This document shows, piece after piece, positions 8,380 through 17,472 of a stretch of 36,362 nt of DNA. The notes below the pieces were generated by a model that did no database searches, was not told where the DNA came from, and saw nothing but the letters and a program-made list of their open reading frames with translations. Each line of letters opens with the position of its first letter. Position 1 is the first letter of the stretch. A program made the position numbers and the translations under genes. The stretch is from Chloroflexota bacterium (GTDB taxonomy: Bacteria > Chloroflexota > Limnocylindria > Limnocylindrales > CSP1-4): the NCBI GenBank assembly GCA_031369845.1, contig JANMPL010000243.1:1-36362 (forward strand), written 5' to 3'.

Positions 8380-9696
8380 GTGGCCCGGATCCCTGAAGAC
8401 GCGAACGAGGGGTACGACCCGGACCGTCTCGCGGCGGTTGCCGCGGGGCTGCGCGAGGCCGCCTCCCGGTATGGAACGCCCGCCTATGTGACCGACGAGG
8501 CAACGCTGGTCTCGGCGGGTCTCGAGCTCCGCGCAGCGTTCCCCGATCCGTGGATCCGCCAGTACTCGGTCAAGGCGAACGACGTTCCCGCGATCATCGC
8601 TGCCGTCGCTGAGACCGCCGCCGCAGGGGCGAACGCGGTCTCTCGCGGTGAGTGGGCGCTGGCCCGACGGGCGGGACTGCCGAACGAGTCGATCACGCTC
8701 GAAGGGATCGGCAAGTCCGACGCTGACCTGCGGTCGGCGGCCCAGGCCGCCGCCGACGGTGCCCCGCTGCGATGGCTGGCGGTCGAATCGGAACCCGAGG
8801 TAGCGGCGCTTGCCGATCTGGCTTTACGAGCGGCGCTTGGGCGCGCCGGCCGCCCGCCCCAGGACGTGCTGTTCCGCCTGAACCCGGATGTGGCTCCTGA
8901 GACGCATGCCCGGTTGGCGGTCGGCGCGGGGGGGTCGAAGTTCGGGATGACCGAAGCCGAGGTGGCGGCTGCCCTCGATCTCGTGCATGCCGCCGGTCCC
9001 GGCCTCCGGCCACGGGGTATCCACCTCCACGTCGGGTCGCAACTCGGTGCGATCGATGCATGGCGCGACGCGGTTCGCCGGGCGCTCGCCACGCTCGCGC
9101 TGCTGCGCGGCAACGAGCCCGGGTTCGACACGCTCGACGTCGGCGGCGGATTTCCGGTTGGTCCGCTCGGCGAGCCGTCGCCGCGGCCGGCCAGATTCGC
9201 AAGGGAGCTGCCGGCACTCCTCGACGCCATCCCGATCGATCGGCGACCGACGCGACTCGCGATCGAACCGGGCCGGTTTCTCGTGGCGCGGGCGGGCTGG
9301 CTGGTCGGCCGCGTCCTTCATGTTCGCGACCGTGGCGGGCGGCAGGTCGTGATCGACACCGGGATGACGGAGCTGATTCGCCCGGCGCTCTACGGCGCGC
9401 GACACGCGGTCGTCGCTCTGACGTCGCTCGGCACGCCGGTCGACGATCCCTCGCCCCCAGACGTGCAGCCGGGCGACGTCCATGGCCCGATCTGCGAATC
9501 GACCGATGCCCTCGGCGAGCATCTCCTGCCGCCGCTGCGGCGTGGCGACCTCGTGGCGATCCGCGATGCCGGCGCGTACGGCGCCTCGCTATCTTCGACG
9601 TACAACGGGCGCCCTCGCCCGCCCCAGCTCCTGCTCCGCCCCGACGGTCGCCTGGACGTCGTCCGGCGGCGAGGGAGGGTGACGAGCCTCGGGTAG
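8380..9696 (+). CDS. lysA: Diaminopimelate decarboxylase
   Basis: Fold-III PLP decarboxylase motifs: YSVKAN (PLP Lys), HLHVGSQ, DVGGGFPV, EPGRFLVA, GPICESTD. Begins 3 nt after the preceding gene. Confidence 0.85.
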   Translation: MARIPEDANEGYDPDRLAAVAAGLREAASRYGTPAYVTDEATLVSAGLELRAAFPDPWIRQYSVKANDVPAIIAAVAETAAAGANAVSRGEWALARRAGLPNESITLEGIGKSDADLRSAAQAAADGAPLRWLAVESEPEVAALADLALRAALGRAGRPPQDVLFRLNPDVAPETHARLAVGAGGSKFGMTEAEVAAALDLVHAAGPGLRPRGIHLHVGSQLGAIDAWRDAVRRALATLALLRGNEPGFDTLDVGGGFPVGPLGEPSPRPARFARELPALLDAIPIDRRPTRLAIEPGRFLVARAGWLVGRVLHVRDRGGRQVVIDTGMTELIRPALYGARHAVVALTSLGTPVDDPSPPDVQPGDVHGPICESTDALGEHLLPPLRRGDLVAIRDAGAYGASLSSTYNGRPRPPQLLLRPDGRLDVVRRRGRVTSLG

Positions 9697-9705
9697 GCTA
9701 CGACC

Positions 9706-11640
9706 GTGAACGAGCGGGAACGGTTTCGAGAGCGGCTCGCCAGTGCGCCGATCCTGCTCGATGGCGGGATGGGAACGCTGCTCTTCTCCAGCGGCGTCCC
9801 GCAGCGGGCCTGTCTCGATGAGCTCGCGACGACCCGCCCCGACCTCGTGGGTGCGATCCACCGGGCCTATCTCGCCGCCGGCGCGGAGGTCATCGAGACC
9901 GCCACGTTCGGTGCGAACCGGATCCGGCTCGCGGCGTTCGGCCTCGCAGGCGAGGCGGCTCGCCTCAATCGCCGAGCGGCCCAGGTAGCCCGAGAAGCCC
10001 GCGACGTGGCCGGTCGCGAGGCCCTCGTCGCGGGCTCCATCGGCCCCCTCGGCGCGCCGACGCGCGAGCTGCTTCACCTCGACGACGCAGCGATCCGGGC
10101 GGCGTTCCGCGAGCAGATCGACGGGCTTCTCGAGGGCGGCGTCGACCTGTTCGTGATCGAGACGTTCGTCGACCTGCGGCACCTCCTGCTCGCGATCGAC
10201 GAGGCTCGGCGAGCGTCCGGCGAGCTGGCGATCGTCGCCCAGCTGACATTCGGCGAGGAGCTCGAGCTCGCCGACGGGTCGTCGCCGGCGGCTGCAGGCC
10301 GGGCGCTCGAATCGGCGCCGGTCGATGTCATCGGCGTCAACTGCGGCGCCGGGCCGCACGCCTGCCTCGAGGCGCTCGAGGGCTACGGGCCGGCCCTCGC
10401 GGGCGCCCCGGCGCGGTCAATCGTCCCGAACGCTGGCCTCCCCCAGCGGGTCGAGGGCCAGTTCGTCTACGGCGCCGGAGCCGACTACTTCGGCCTGATG
10501 GTCGGACGGATGGTCGCCGCTGGCGCGGCGCTCGTCGGCGGTTGCTGCGGAACGACGCCGGAGCACACCGCGGCGATGCGCGCCGCGCTCGACGCTCTGT
10601 CGGCCGGGGCAGTCGCGCCGAGCGAGGCCCCCAGCACCCCACCAGACGCCCAGGCCGCGCGATCGTCCGTCGTCGGCCGCACGGCAACTCCATCGGGAGA
10701 GGGCGAGCGGCCGCCCCCAACCCAGCTCCTGGCCAAGCTCCGCGAACGGCGCTTCGTCGTATCGGTGGAGATCGACCCGCCGCGCTCCATCCGGATCGAC
10801 CGGACGCTCGACGCGGCACGCCTCCTGCGCGACGCCGGAGTCGATCTCGTCAACATCAGCGATTCGGCGATGGCCCGCGTCCGGATGGGGGCGATGGCCG
10901 TTGCGTTCGGCATTCAGCACGACCTCGATCTCGAGTGCCTCGTCCACTTCACGACCCGCGACCGGAACCTCATGGCGATCGAGTCCGAGCTCCTCGGTGC
11001 CCATGCCCTCGGCGTCCGGAACATCCTTGCCCTGACCGGCGACCCGCCGCGAATCGGCGATTACCCGACCGGCGCAGGGGTATGGGATGTCGACTCCATC
11101 GGCCTCGTCGAGATCCTGAGCCGGCTGAACCGCGGTGAGGATCAGGCGGGCTCGCCGATCGGCCAGCCCGCCGGCTTCACGATCGCCTGCGCGCTCGATC
11201 CCACGGCCGCCGACGCCGCAGCCGAGTGGGACAGGCTCGAACGCAAGCTCGAGGCCGGCGCCGACCTCGTCATGACCCAGCCGCTCTACGGGCTTGGGCA
11301 GGTCGAGGCGATGTTCCGCGAGGCCCGGCACCGTTTCGGAGAGGCCGGTATCCCGGTGCCCGTCCTCCTCGGCGTCCTGCCGCTGCAGAGCGCCCGACAC
11401 GCTGAGTTCCTGCACAACGAGGTGCCCGGCATCACGATCCCCGACGAGGCCCGAGTGGCGATGCGAGCCGCCGGCGAGCGCGGCGCCGAGGTCGGGCTCG
11501 AACAGAGCCTGGCCCTCCTCGAGCAGGTCGCGGATTCGGTCGCCGGCACGTACATCATGCCGAGCTTCGGCCGCTACGAGCAGTGCGCGGAGCTGGTCCG
11601 GAGGATCCGGGCACAGCAGCGTGTCGAGGCCGCACCGTGA
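9706..11640 (+). CDS. Bifunctional homocysteine S-methyltransferase domain / methylenetetrahydrofolate reductase fusion
   Basis: N-terminal Hcy-binding domain (LLDGGMGTLL, GVNCG, GGCCGTTPEH zinc-Cys motif). C-terminal MTHFR-like half (VSVEIDPPR..., HFTTRDRN, ALTGDPP). Confidence 0.85.
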   Translation: MNERERFRERLASAPILLDGGMGTLLFSSGVPQRACLDELATTRPDLVGAIHRAYLAAGAEVIETATFGANRIRLAAFGLAGEAARLNRRAAQVAREARDVAGREALVAGSIGPLGAPTRELLHLDDAAIRAAFREQIDGLLEGGVDLFVIETFVDLRHLLLAIDEARRASGELAIVAQLTFGEELELADGSSPAAAGRALESAPVDVIGVNCGAGPHACLEALEGYGPALAGAPARSIVPNAGLPQRVEGQFVYGAGADYFGLMVGRMVAAGAALVGGCCGTTPEHTAAMRAALDALSAGAVAPSEAPSTPPDAQAARSSVVGRTATPSGEGERPPPTQLLAKLRERRFVVSVEIDPPRSIRIDRTLDAARLLRDAGVDLVNISDSAMARVRMGAMAVAFGIQHDLDLECLVHFTTRDRNLMAIESELLGAHALGVRNILALTGDPPRIGDYPTGAGVWDVDSIGLVEILSRLNRGEDQAGSPIGQPAGFTIACALDPTAADAAAEWDRLERKLEAGADLVMTQPLYGLGQVEAMFREARHRFGEAGIPVPVLLGVLPLQSARHAEFLHNEVPGITIPDEARVAMRAAGERGAEVGLEQSLALLEQVADSVAGTYIMPSFGRYEQCAELVRRIRAQQRVEAAP

Positions 11641-13349
11641 ACCGAACCTTGAGATTGGCGTTGGCCGCCGCATGGCTCGCCGTCCTCGCGGCGCCCGTGA
11701 GCGCCGCCGGTCCACCGTTTCCTCCGCCGATCGATGGCCAGGCCGTCTACGACCTGGCCCACGTCTTCCACCGGGAGACGATCGCCAGCGCGGAGAAGGC
11801 GATCGATGCGATCGAGGCCCGGACCGGCGCCGAGGTCGTCGTGTACACCCAGCTTGTCAACTACGGGATCACCGCCGAGGAGGCTGATGGCCACGCCCAG
11901 GCCCTCATGGACCAATGGGGCGTCGGACGGAAGGGCTTTGACGACGGGCTCGTCATCCTCTTCGATCTCGAGCCCAGTCGGGTCCACGGCCAGGTCCAGC
12001 TCTACGGCGGCCCCGGCTATCGCGCGGCGTTCCTCGACAACAGCGAGAAGCAGCGAATCTTCGACGAGGACATGGTGCCCCTGCTCGAGGTTGGCGACCT
12101 CGACGGCGCACTTCTCGTCGCGCTCGAGCGGGTCGATGCGAACGCGACCCCTGAGCATGCCGCCAGCCTCCAGACTGCCCGCCAACTGGATGCGGCGATG
12201 GGCCTGATCCTCGCCCCGCTGATCGTCATCGGCCTGATCGGCAGCGCCGTGTTCGCCTGGATGCGGTACGGCCGGGACCCCGTCTACCTCGACGATCCGT
12301 CGATCCACATGGCAGGACCGCCGCGCGACCTTACGCCGGCCGCGGCCACATTCGTCGTCTCGGGGGGGCCCTCGAGGCGGGCCCTGACGACGGCGATGCT
12401 CGATCTGGCCAGTCGAGGGCTGCTCGCCTTCCAGGAGGAGAAGGAGGGGCTGCTCGGGATGAAGCGCAAGATCGGGATCGAGCTGGATCCGCCGGCGGCG
12501 GATCCAGCAACGAAGGCCCAGCGGGCTCGCAACCAGGTGCGGGCACTGGGCCCCGCCGAGGCGGTCGCGCAGAATGGCCTCCGGACCCTGGCGAAGGGCC
12601 ACGGAACCTATATCGATCCCACGAAGCTCCTGGAATTCGGCGGCTCCGTCGGCGACTTCGACAAAGAACTCGAAACCCATGTCGTCAATATGGGCTGGTT
12701 CCGGGAGAAGCCCTCCGCGGCAGAGGGTCGATGGATGACCCGCGCCGTGATCGCCATTGTCCTGGGCTTCGTCGCGTTCTTTGCGGCCATCAACCTGCCG
12801 AGCTCCGGTTTTACGATGATCGCGGCCGCACTCGTCGTCTCCGGCGTCATCGTCCTCGTGATGTCGCGCTGGATGGATGCCGTGACGATGCCCGGGGCGA
12901 TGATCCGGGCGATGCTCGCCGCCTATCGCCGGACGCTCCAGAAGACGATGGCCCAGTCCCGATCGATGGACCAGGTCGTTGCGAAGGCCGGCCTCGACTG
13001 GTTGGAGACTCCGGACCAGGCGGTCGTGTGGGGCACCGCCCTCGGGCTCGAGAAGGAGATCGAGGATGTCCTCCAGCGGAGCCTCGACGACGTCAAGGAC
13101 AAGCGAGCATCCGCGGGCGCCGTGTACATGCCGGCCTGGTACGGAACCGGCGGATCGGGCAATTGGGGCAGCGGCGATGGCGGTGGCGGTGGTGGCCTTT
13201 TCTCGAGCTCGGCGATCCCGAACTTCGGCGGGATGATGTCGGCCCTCGGGACGATCGGCAACTCGCCATCGTCATCGGGGAGTGGCGGCGGCGGGTTTGG
13301 CGGCGGCGGCTCGGGCGGTGGCGGAGGCGGTTCCGGAGGCGGCTTCTAG
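11637..13349 (+). CDS. Secreted TPM-domain protein fused to a DUF2207-like membrane region with a Gly-rich tail
   Basis: GTG 11637 overlaps the upstream stop (GTGA). Signal peptide VNRTLRLALAAAWLAVLAAPVSAAG. TPM-like VYDLAHVF...AIDAIEARTGAEVVVYT...GLVILFDL. Several TM segments. The tail GGGGFGGGGSGGGGGGSGGGF is typical of TPM/DUF2207 proteins. Confidence 0.75.
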   Translation: MNRTLRLALAAAWLAVLAAPVSAAGPPFPPPIDGQAVYDLAHVFHRETIASAEKAIDAIEARTGAEVVVYTQLVNYGITAEEADGHAQALMDQWGVGRKGFDDGLVILFDLEPSRVHGQVQLYGGPGYRAAFLDNSEKQRIFDEDMVPLLEVGDLDGALLVALERVDANATPEHAASLQTARQLDAAMGLILAPLIVIGLIGSAVFAWMRYGRDPVYLDDPSIHMAGPPRDLTPAAATFVVSGGPSRRALTTAMLDLASRGLLAFQEEKEGLLGMKRKIGIELDPPAADPATKAQRARNQVRALGPAEAVAQNGLRTLAKGHGTYIDPTKLLEFGGSVGDFDKELETHVVNMGWFREKPSAAEGRWMTRAVIAIVLGFVAFFAAINLPSSGFTMIAAALVVSGVIVLVMSRWMDAVTMPGAMIRAMLAAYRRTLQKTMAQSRSMDQVVAKAGLDWLETPDQAVVWGTALGLEKEIEDVLQRSLDDVKDKRASAGAVYMPAWYGTGGSGNWGSGDGGGGGGLFSSSAIPNFGGMMSALGTIGNSPSSSGSGGGGFGGGGSGGGGGGSGGGF

Positions 13350-14584
13350 GCCTGCGTGGGTCGGTTGAGCTCGCCCAGCGCGGCAACGAGTCGCGCGATA
13401 TCGTCGGCGTCGTTGTACAGCGCGGTCGAGACGCGCAGGACTCGCCGGATCGGCTCCGTCGATTCGACGGCGGGCACTGGCCAGCCGACGATCGGCAACT
13501 CGATCCCGAATCGGTCGAACAGCACCGTCTGGAGTGGATCCGCGTCGAGCGGCGACGACTGGTCCGCCATCGGCGGGCCGCCGAGAGGCCCATCCTCGGG
13601 CATCGTCACCGCCGTCATCGATCCGAGCATCTCGTTCGGCGTCGCAGCGCCGTCCTCGCCCAGGACCGTCACCAGCGCGTCGCGCGCTTCGAGCGTGAGG
13701 GCGTGCGTCCGGGCCATGGCACCCGGCCAGCCGCCCTCGACCAGGCCGCCGACGAACGCCAGCGCTGCCGGCACCGACAGCCAGGCCGTCGGATCGAGCG
13801 TGCCCTGCCAGTCAAACTCGAGCCGGAACCGCGACCGGGCGCCCACCAGGGAATTGGCGCCGTGGGAGATCGTGCCCGCCCGTACGTCAGGCTGGCGGTC
13901 GCGCCGCACGTGCAGGAAGGCGGCGCCCTTGGGCGCGCAGACCCACTTGTGCAGGTTGCCGGCGTAATAGGCCGCGCCGAGGCGGTCCACGTCGAGCGGG
14001 AGCATGCCCGGGGCGTGGGCGCCGTCCACGAGCGTGTCGATCCCTCGCTCCGCCAGCGAAGGGATAAGCCGATCGACCGGCAGGACGAGGGCCGTCGGAC
14101 TCGTAACGTGGCTGATCACGGCGAGACGCGTCCGGGCGGTCACCGCTCCGAGGACTCGCTCGACGACGTCGTCGGCCGATCGGCCCGAGAACGGCAGGCC
14201 GACGACGACGACACGCGCGCCGTCCCGCTTCGCGACGTGGCGGAGGACGTTCAGAACGGCGTTGTACTCGTGATCGGTCGTGAGAATCTCGTCGCCCGGA
14301 CTGAACGCCAACGAACGGACCACTGCGTTGACGGCGCCCGTCGCGTTCGTCACGAATGCAAGGTCGTCGGGATCCGCGCCGACGAACTCACCCAGCGCTG
14401 CGCGGCTGGCGGCAAGGTGGCCGTGCAGCTCGCGGGCGAGGAAGCGGACCGGCTCCGCCTCCATCCGATCCTGCCACTCGCGCTGAACGTCGAGCACCAC
14501 TCCGGGGCACGCTCCGAACGAGCCGTGGTTCAGGAACGTCACGGCCGGATCGAGTCGCCAGTGACGGGCGTGAACCGACGGCAT
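13346..14584 (-). CDS. Class-V aminotransferase (isopenicillin-N-epimerase / cysteine-desulfurase-like)
   Basis: LNHGSFGACP start region and NLHKWVCAPKGAAFL (PLP Lys). Start placed at ATG 14584 (MPSVHARHW...). The upstream 99 codons of the track ORF overlap the divergent gene. Confidence 0.85.
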   Translation of the reverse strand: MPSVHARHWRLDPAVTFLNHGSFGACPGVVLDVQREWQDRMEAEPVRFLARELHGHLAASRAALGEFVGADPDDLAFVTNATGAVNAVVRSLAFSPGDEILTTDHEYNAVLNVLRHVAKRDGARVVVVGLPFSGRSADDVVERVLGAVTARTRLAVISHVTSPTALVLPVDRLIPSLAERGIDTLVDGAHAPGMLPLDVDRLGAAYYAGNLHKWVCAPKGAAFLHVRRDRQPDVRAGTISHGANSLVGARSRFRLEFDWQGTLDPTAWLSVPAALAFVGGLVEGGWPGAMARTHALTLEARDALVTVLGEDGAATPNEMLGSMTAVTMPEDGPLGGPPMADQSSPLDADPLQTVLFDRFGIELPIVGWPVPAVESTEPIRRVLRVSTALYNDADDIARLVAALGELNRPTQA

Positions 14585-14632
14585 CGTCGAATGATGGCGG
14601 GTACACTGCGGCCCGTGGGAGCCGTCGACACC

Positions 14633-14944
14633 ATGGATACGTTCTTCGAGCTGCTGAACGCGGGCGACCGCGAGGCGGCCGTCGGGCTCATGGCGGACAA
14701 CGCCGAGATGCGCATCCACGTCGGTGACAGTGCCCAGACCCTGCGCGGCGTGGACCGGGTCGGTGGCTGGTTTCTCCGCGGCGACTCCGGGCTCAAGATG
14801 ATCCCCGGTGAGGTCCGCGACACCGGAAACACCTACGAGGCCGACGTCCTCGTCGTCCGCCCCGGCGCACCGTCGCTCCATCTCGACGCAACGTTCCGCG
14901 TGGAGGCCGGCAAGATCACCTCGATCAACCTCGCGCCGCGGTAA
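14633..14944 (+). CDS. NTF2/SnoaL-like small protein
   Basis: 103 aa. MDTFFELLNAGDREAAVGLMADNAEMRI... is typical of SnoaL-like folds. It is only the 3' end of a 737-aa shadow ORF. An alternative ATG at 14591 is possible. Confidence 0.55.
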   Translation: MDTFFELLNAGDREAAVGLMADNAEMRIHVGDSAQTLRGVDRVGGWFLRGDSGLKMIPGEVRDTGNTYEADVLVVRPGAPSLHLDATFRVEAGKITSINLAPR

Positions 14945-14961
14945 GGTCGCGCCCGGGGACG

Positions 14962-16224
14962 CTAGGGCGAGGCCCCCGCAGACGGCTCGGCCGATCCTCC
15001 GAACTCTTCCGGCGGCGCCTGCGAGGGCGCCGGGATCGTGATCTGTTGGCCCTCGACGATCTTGTTCGGATCCTTGATGTCCGGATTGGCGGCCCTCAGT
15101 TCCTCGAGCGAGATACCGTGGGCGACGGCGATCTTCGACAGGGTGTCGCCCTTCTTGATGACGTAGACGGTTGGCGTCGGAGCGGGGGTGGGTGTCGGCG
15201 CGATCGACTTCGAGGGCCTCGGCGTCGGCGACGGCGAGGAAGTCGCGCGGTCGCCGGATCCGATACCGAGCAAGGCCGGCAGGAAGAACAGCGCGACTGC
15301 CGCGATCGCGATGGCGGCGGCCATCCCCGCCAGGCGCGGGATCGCGGGCAAGCCCATGCGGGTCTTGATCGTCGGGTATGCCTCGTAGCGGCGCGGCCGC
15401 TCCCAGTCGGGCCCGGATGTCGGCCCTCCGAGGTGCTGGTCGTAGGCGCGCGGACGACGCGAGGGGGCGGTCGGGCGCGGCGTCGCGCGGTCCTCGAACT
15501 CGGGCTCGTCGGCTGGGCTTGGATGTCCGTGGTCGATCGGCGGGGGCTCATACGCTTGCGCCTGCCGACGCGGCGGCGGCGGGCCTCCGGCGAGTTGATC
15601 GGCCGCGCTCCCGGCTAGGCCCTGGCCCGGCTCCGACCGACCCGAGAGGAAGTCCGGTGGGTCCGCGGGCACGGGCCGACCGGCTTCGGCGCTCGCGAGC
15701 CATGGCGGCGGCGCCGACCATTCGCGCGGCGGGTTGCGCCGCGGCCCAGCATCGTCGTAGGGATCCGCGTCGGACGGCTCGTCGCCGCGGTCCCAGTCGT
15801 GTCCGCTCGCCGCTGCCGCGGGAACGTCCTCGCTGTCCGGATCGGACTCGACGGCGTCATCCTCGTCGCGGGGATCGGCCGGGTCGAGCGGGACATCGGC
15901 CGGTTTGGACCCCGCCATCGCCGCCGCCGGGTTGCTTGCGGCCACCCCCACGGCGGCCGCCGAGGCGGCGGACGCTGCGGCCGATGCGTCCCGGGCACGT
16001 GCCGCCTCGCGGCGAGCCCAATCCTGGAATGTCGGGCAGACCGGGAAGGCGCTCGACAGGCAGTACGCCTGCTGGTGGGCCAGGGCCCGAGGCGCCGGTC
16101 GGACTTCCGCGTAGCAGCGGTGGCGGTGATCCGGCACGGTCGCGCGCTCGTCGCGGTCGTCCTCGAACGCGACGAACGGACAGGCGTTCGCGCTGTCCGC
16201 GATCGGCATCCCGCGTTCGCTCAC
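14962..16224 (-). CDS. LysM-domain membrane protein with an N-terminal Cys/His-rich module and a Pro/Ala/Asp-rich linker
   Basis: C-terminal LysM (YVIKKGDTLSKIAVAHGISLEELRAANPDIKDPNKIVEGQQITIP). One TM segment (AGMAAAIAIAAVALFFLPALLGI). N-terminus ACPFVAFEDD...HRHRCYA...YCLSSAFPVCPTFQDW. Start is GTG 16224 or ATG 16209. Confidence 0.8.
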   Translation of the reverse strand: MSERGMPIADSANACPFVAFEDDRDERATVPDHRHRCYAEVRPAPRALAHQQAYCLSSAFPVCPTFQDWARREAARARDASAAASAASAAAVGVAASNPAAAMAGSKPADVPLDPADPRDEDDAVESDPDSEDVPAAAASGHDWDRGDEPSDADPYDDAGPRRNPPREWSAPPPWLASAEAGRPVPADPPDFLSGRSEPGQGLAGSAADQLAGGPPPPRRQAQAYEPPPIDHGHPSPADEPEFEDRATPRPTAPSRRPRAYDQHLGGPTSGPDWERPRRYEAYPTIKTRMGLPAIPRLAGMAAAIAIAAVALFFLPALLGIGSGDRATSSPSPTPRPSKSIAPTPTPAPTPTVYVIKKGDTLSKIAVAHGISLEELRAANPDIKDPNKIVEGQQITIPAPSQAPPEEFGGSAEPSAGASP

Positions 16225-16230
16225 GTAGGG

Positions 16231-16258
16231 ATCATACCCAAGTGGGAGTGAGCGGCAA
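16231..16258 (-). promoter_or_regulatory. Candidate promoter giving a leaderless LysM mRNA
   Basis: On the minus strand: TTGCCG (16258-16253), 16-nt spacer, TATGAT (16236-16231), then 6 nt (CCCTAC) to GTG 16224. Confidence 0.35.
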
Positions 16259-16301
16259 CGTTCTCGGGATCGCCAATCCGCTGATTGTTTAGCCGCGGCC
16301 C

Positions 16302-17216
16302 TCAGGATTCGGACGGTGGCTCGGTTCCAGGTTTGGCCCGCTGACTATTGGCGGACCGTGCCCGCGTCGCCGACGCAGGCGCCGGCGTGGAGCCCGTCGA
16401 ACCCTGGCCGTCCGGCATCGTAAGCATCACGGTGTTGCCCGACGAACCGCCAAGCTGCTGGAGCATCCGGAGCTGGAGGAGGCCGGGGTTGTCCTCGACC
16501 ATCCGACCGGCGTTGGCGAGGTTGCGGAGGGCGGCAGTCTCACCACGGACTCGCTCGAGGCCAGCTTCGCCTTCCTTCCGCGCGGCGACGACTCCCGCGA
16601 AGAGCCGCTTCAGATCGCCCGGCACCATCAGGTCGCGGACCTCGACCGACAGCAGCTCGATTCCGATCCGCGCGAGCTTGCTGGCGGTATTTTCGAGGAC
16701 GGCCGGCCCGATCTTGTTGCGTGTCGCGAGGATGTCGTCGATGGTCCCGGCCGATAGCACCTCGCGGAGGCCGAGCTGGAGCTCAAGGTGCATCGCTCGC
16801 CCGTAGCTCTGGTCCCCGGTCACCGCCGCGACCGGATCGCCGACGACGTAGCGGGCAGCGAGGCTGACCTTGAGCGGAACACCGTCGGCGGTGAGGACCT
16901 CCTGGCCTTCGATCGTGACGAACGAGGGACGGCCATCGAGCACATGGATTTCGGTGAGCGGCGCGAGCGTGACGTGCGTTCCGGGATCGACGAGCCCGCT
17001 GAACCGACCGCGCCGGTAGCGGAGGCCGCGCTCGTAGTCGTGGACGGTGACGACCCGGAGAAGTGGCCGGGCGAGCAGCAGCGCGACGATGACGATGATC
17101 AGGGCGCCAACTAGTGGTTCCACTTGCTCCGTCCGTTGTTCGGACCGGGACTCCCGGTCGATCAGATGCTCATCGCGGCGGACCGCAGCCCGACGGCGGA
17201 GGCCCGAAGCCTGCAT
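16302..17216 (-). CDS. SPFH/band-7 (stomatin/slipin-like) membrane protein
   Basis: N-terminal TM segment (LVGALIIVIVALLLARPLL) followed by an SPFH core (VHDYERGLRYRRGRFSG...VRDLMVPGDLKRLFA). Alternative start at GTG 17123. The first 31 codons from ATG 17216 have weaker GC3 bias. Confidence 0.85.
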   Translation of the reverse strand: MQASGLRRRAAVRRDEHLIDRESRSEQRTEQVEPLVGALIIVIVALLLARPLLRVVTVHDYERGLRYRRGRFSGLVDPGTHVTLAPLTEIHVLDGRPSFVTIEGQEVLTADGVPLKVSLAARYVVGDPVAAVTGDQSYGRAMHLELQLGLREVLSAGTIDDILATRNKIGPAVLENTASKLARIGIELLSVEVRDLMVPGDLKRLFAGVVAARKEGEAGLERVRGETAALRNLANAGRMVEDNPGLLQLRMLQQLGGSSGNTVMLTMPDGQGSTGSTPAPASATRARSANSQRAKPGTEPPSES

Positions 17217-17259
17217 GGCCGGCGGTCTGCTTGCGTCGAGGCAGATCCGACCGCGACGA

Positions 17260-17283
17260 GCGTGAAGCAGGAATCGAACCTGC
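17260..17283 (-). other. tRNA 3'-end-like remnant (T-arm plus acceptor 3' strand), not an intact tRNA
   Basis: The minus strand reads GCAGG-TTCGATT-CCTGC-TTCACGC: a perfect 5-bp T-stem, a canonical 7-nt T-loop and a 7-nt acceptor strand. I found no complementary 5' acceptor strand, anticodon arm or D arm nearby. Confidence 0.3.
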
Positions 17284-17354
17284 GCTCACCAGGCGGAAGG
17301 TCGATGACAGAACCGCTGGCGGCGATGCCGTCAGGCTGCTGCGTGAGGTCTCCC

Positions 17355-17383
17355 GCTGACCCGATCCTAGGGCATCGGTCAGC
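17355..17383. promoter_or_regulatory. Imperfect palindrome GCTGACCCGAT-CCTAGGGC-ATCGGTCAGC
   Basis: 10-bp arms with one bulged C around a central CCTAGG. Located in the long non-coding stretch about 60 nt upstream of the putative sodN -35. Could be an operator or an RNA hairpin. Confidence 0.3.
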
Positions 17384-17443
17384 TCGTCGCCACCCTGAAA
17401 ACGACGATGCGGGGCCGTCGGCGGTGCAAGGCTCGCCGGGCGT

Positions 17444-17472
17444 TTGACAGGCTCCGATGCGGCTCGGACACT
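17444..17472 (+). promoter_or_regulatory. Candidate sodN promoter
   Basis: Perfect TTGACA (17444-17449), 17-nt spacer, GACACT (17467-17472, fits the A2/T6 positions of TAnnnT). About 68 nt upstream of the sodN ATG. Confidence 0.3.

Noticed and set aside
9697-9705. Possible lysine or SAM riboswitches in front of lysA and the methionine/folate fusion gene.
   Set aside because: The gaps are only 3 and 9 nt, so there is no room for a leader RNA. The 88-nt region before the holin-like gene shows no riboswitch-like conserved elements that I can recognise.
17286-17312. An SRP (4.5S) RNA-like ACCAGGCGGAAGG motif.
   Set aside because: The GGAA would need a closing helix, but the flanking bases (GGC/GGT) do not pair and the rest of the conserved domain IV is absent.
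17255-17345. An intact tRNA gene on the minus strand.
   Set aside because: Only the T-arm and the 3' acceptor strand are present. No complementary 5' acceptor strand, anticodon stem-loop or D arm could be folded with a 4-5 nt or long variable region. No distal 5' half consistent with an intron was found within several hundred nt.
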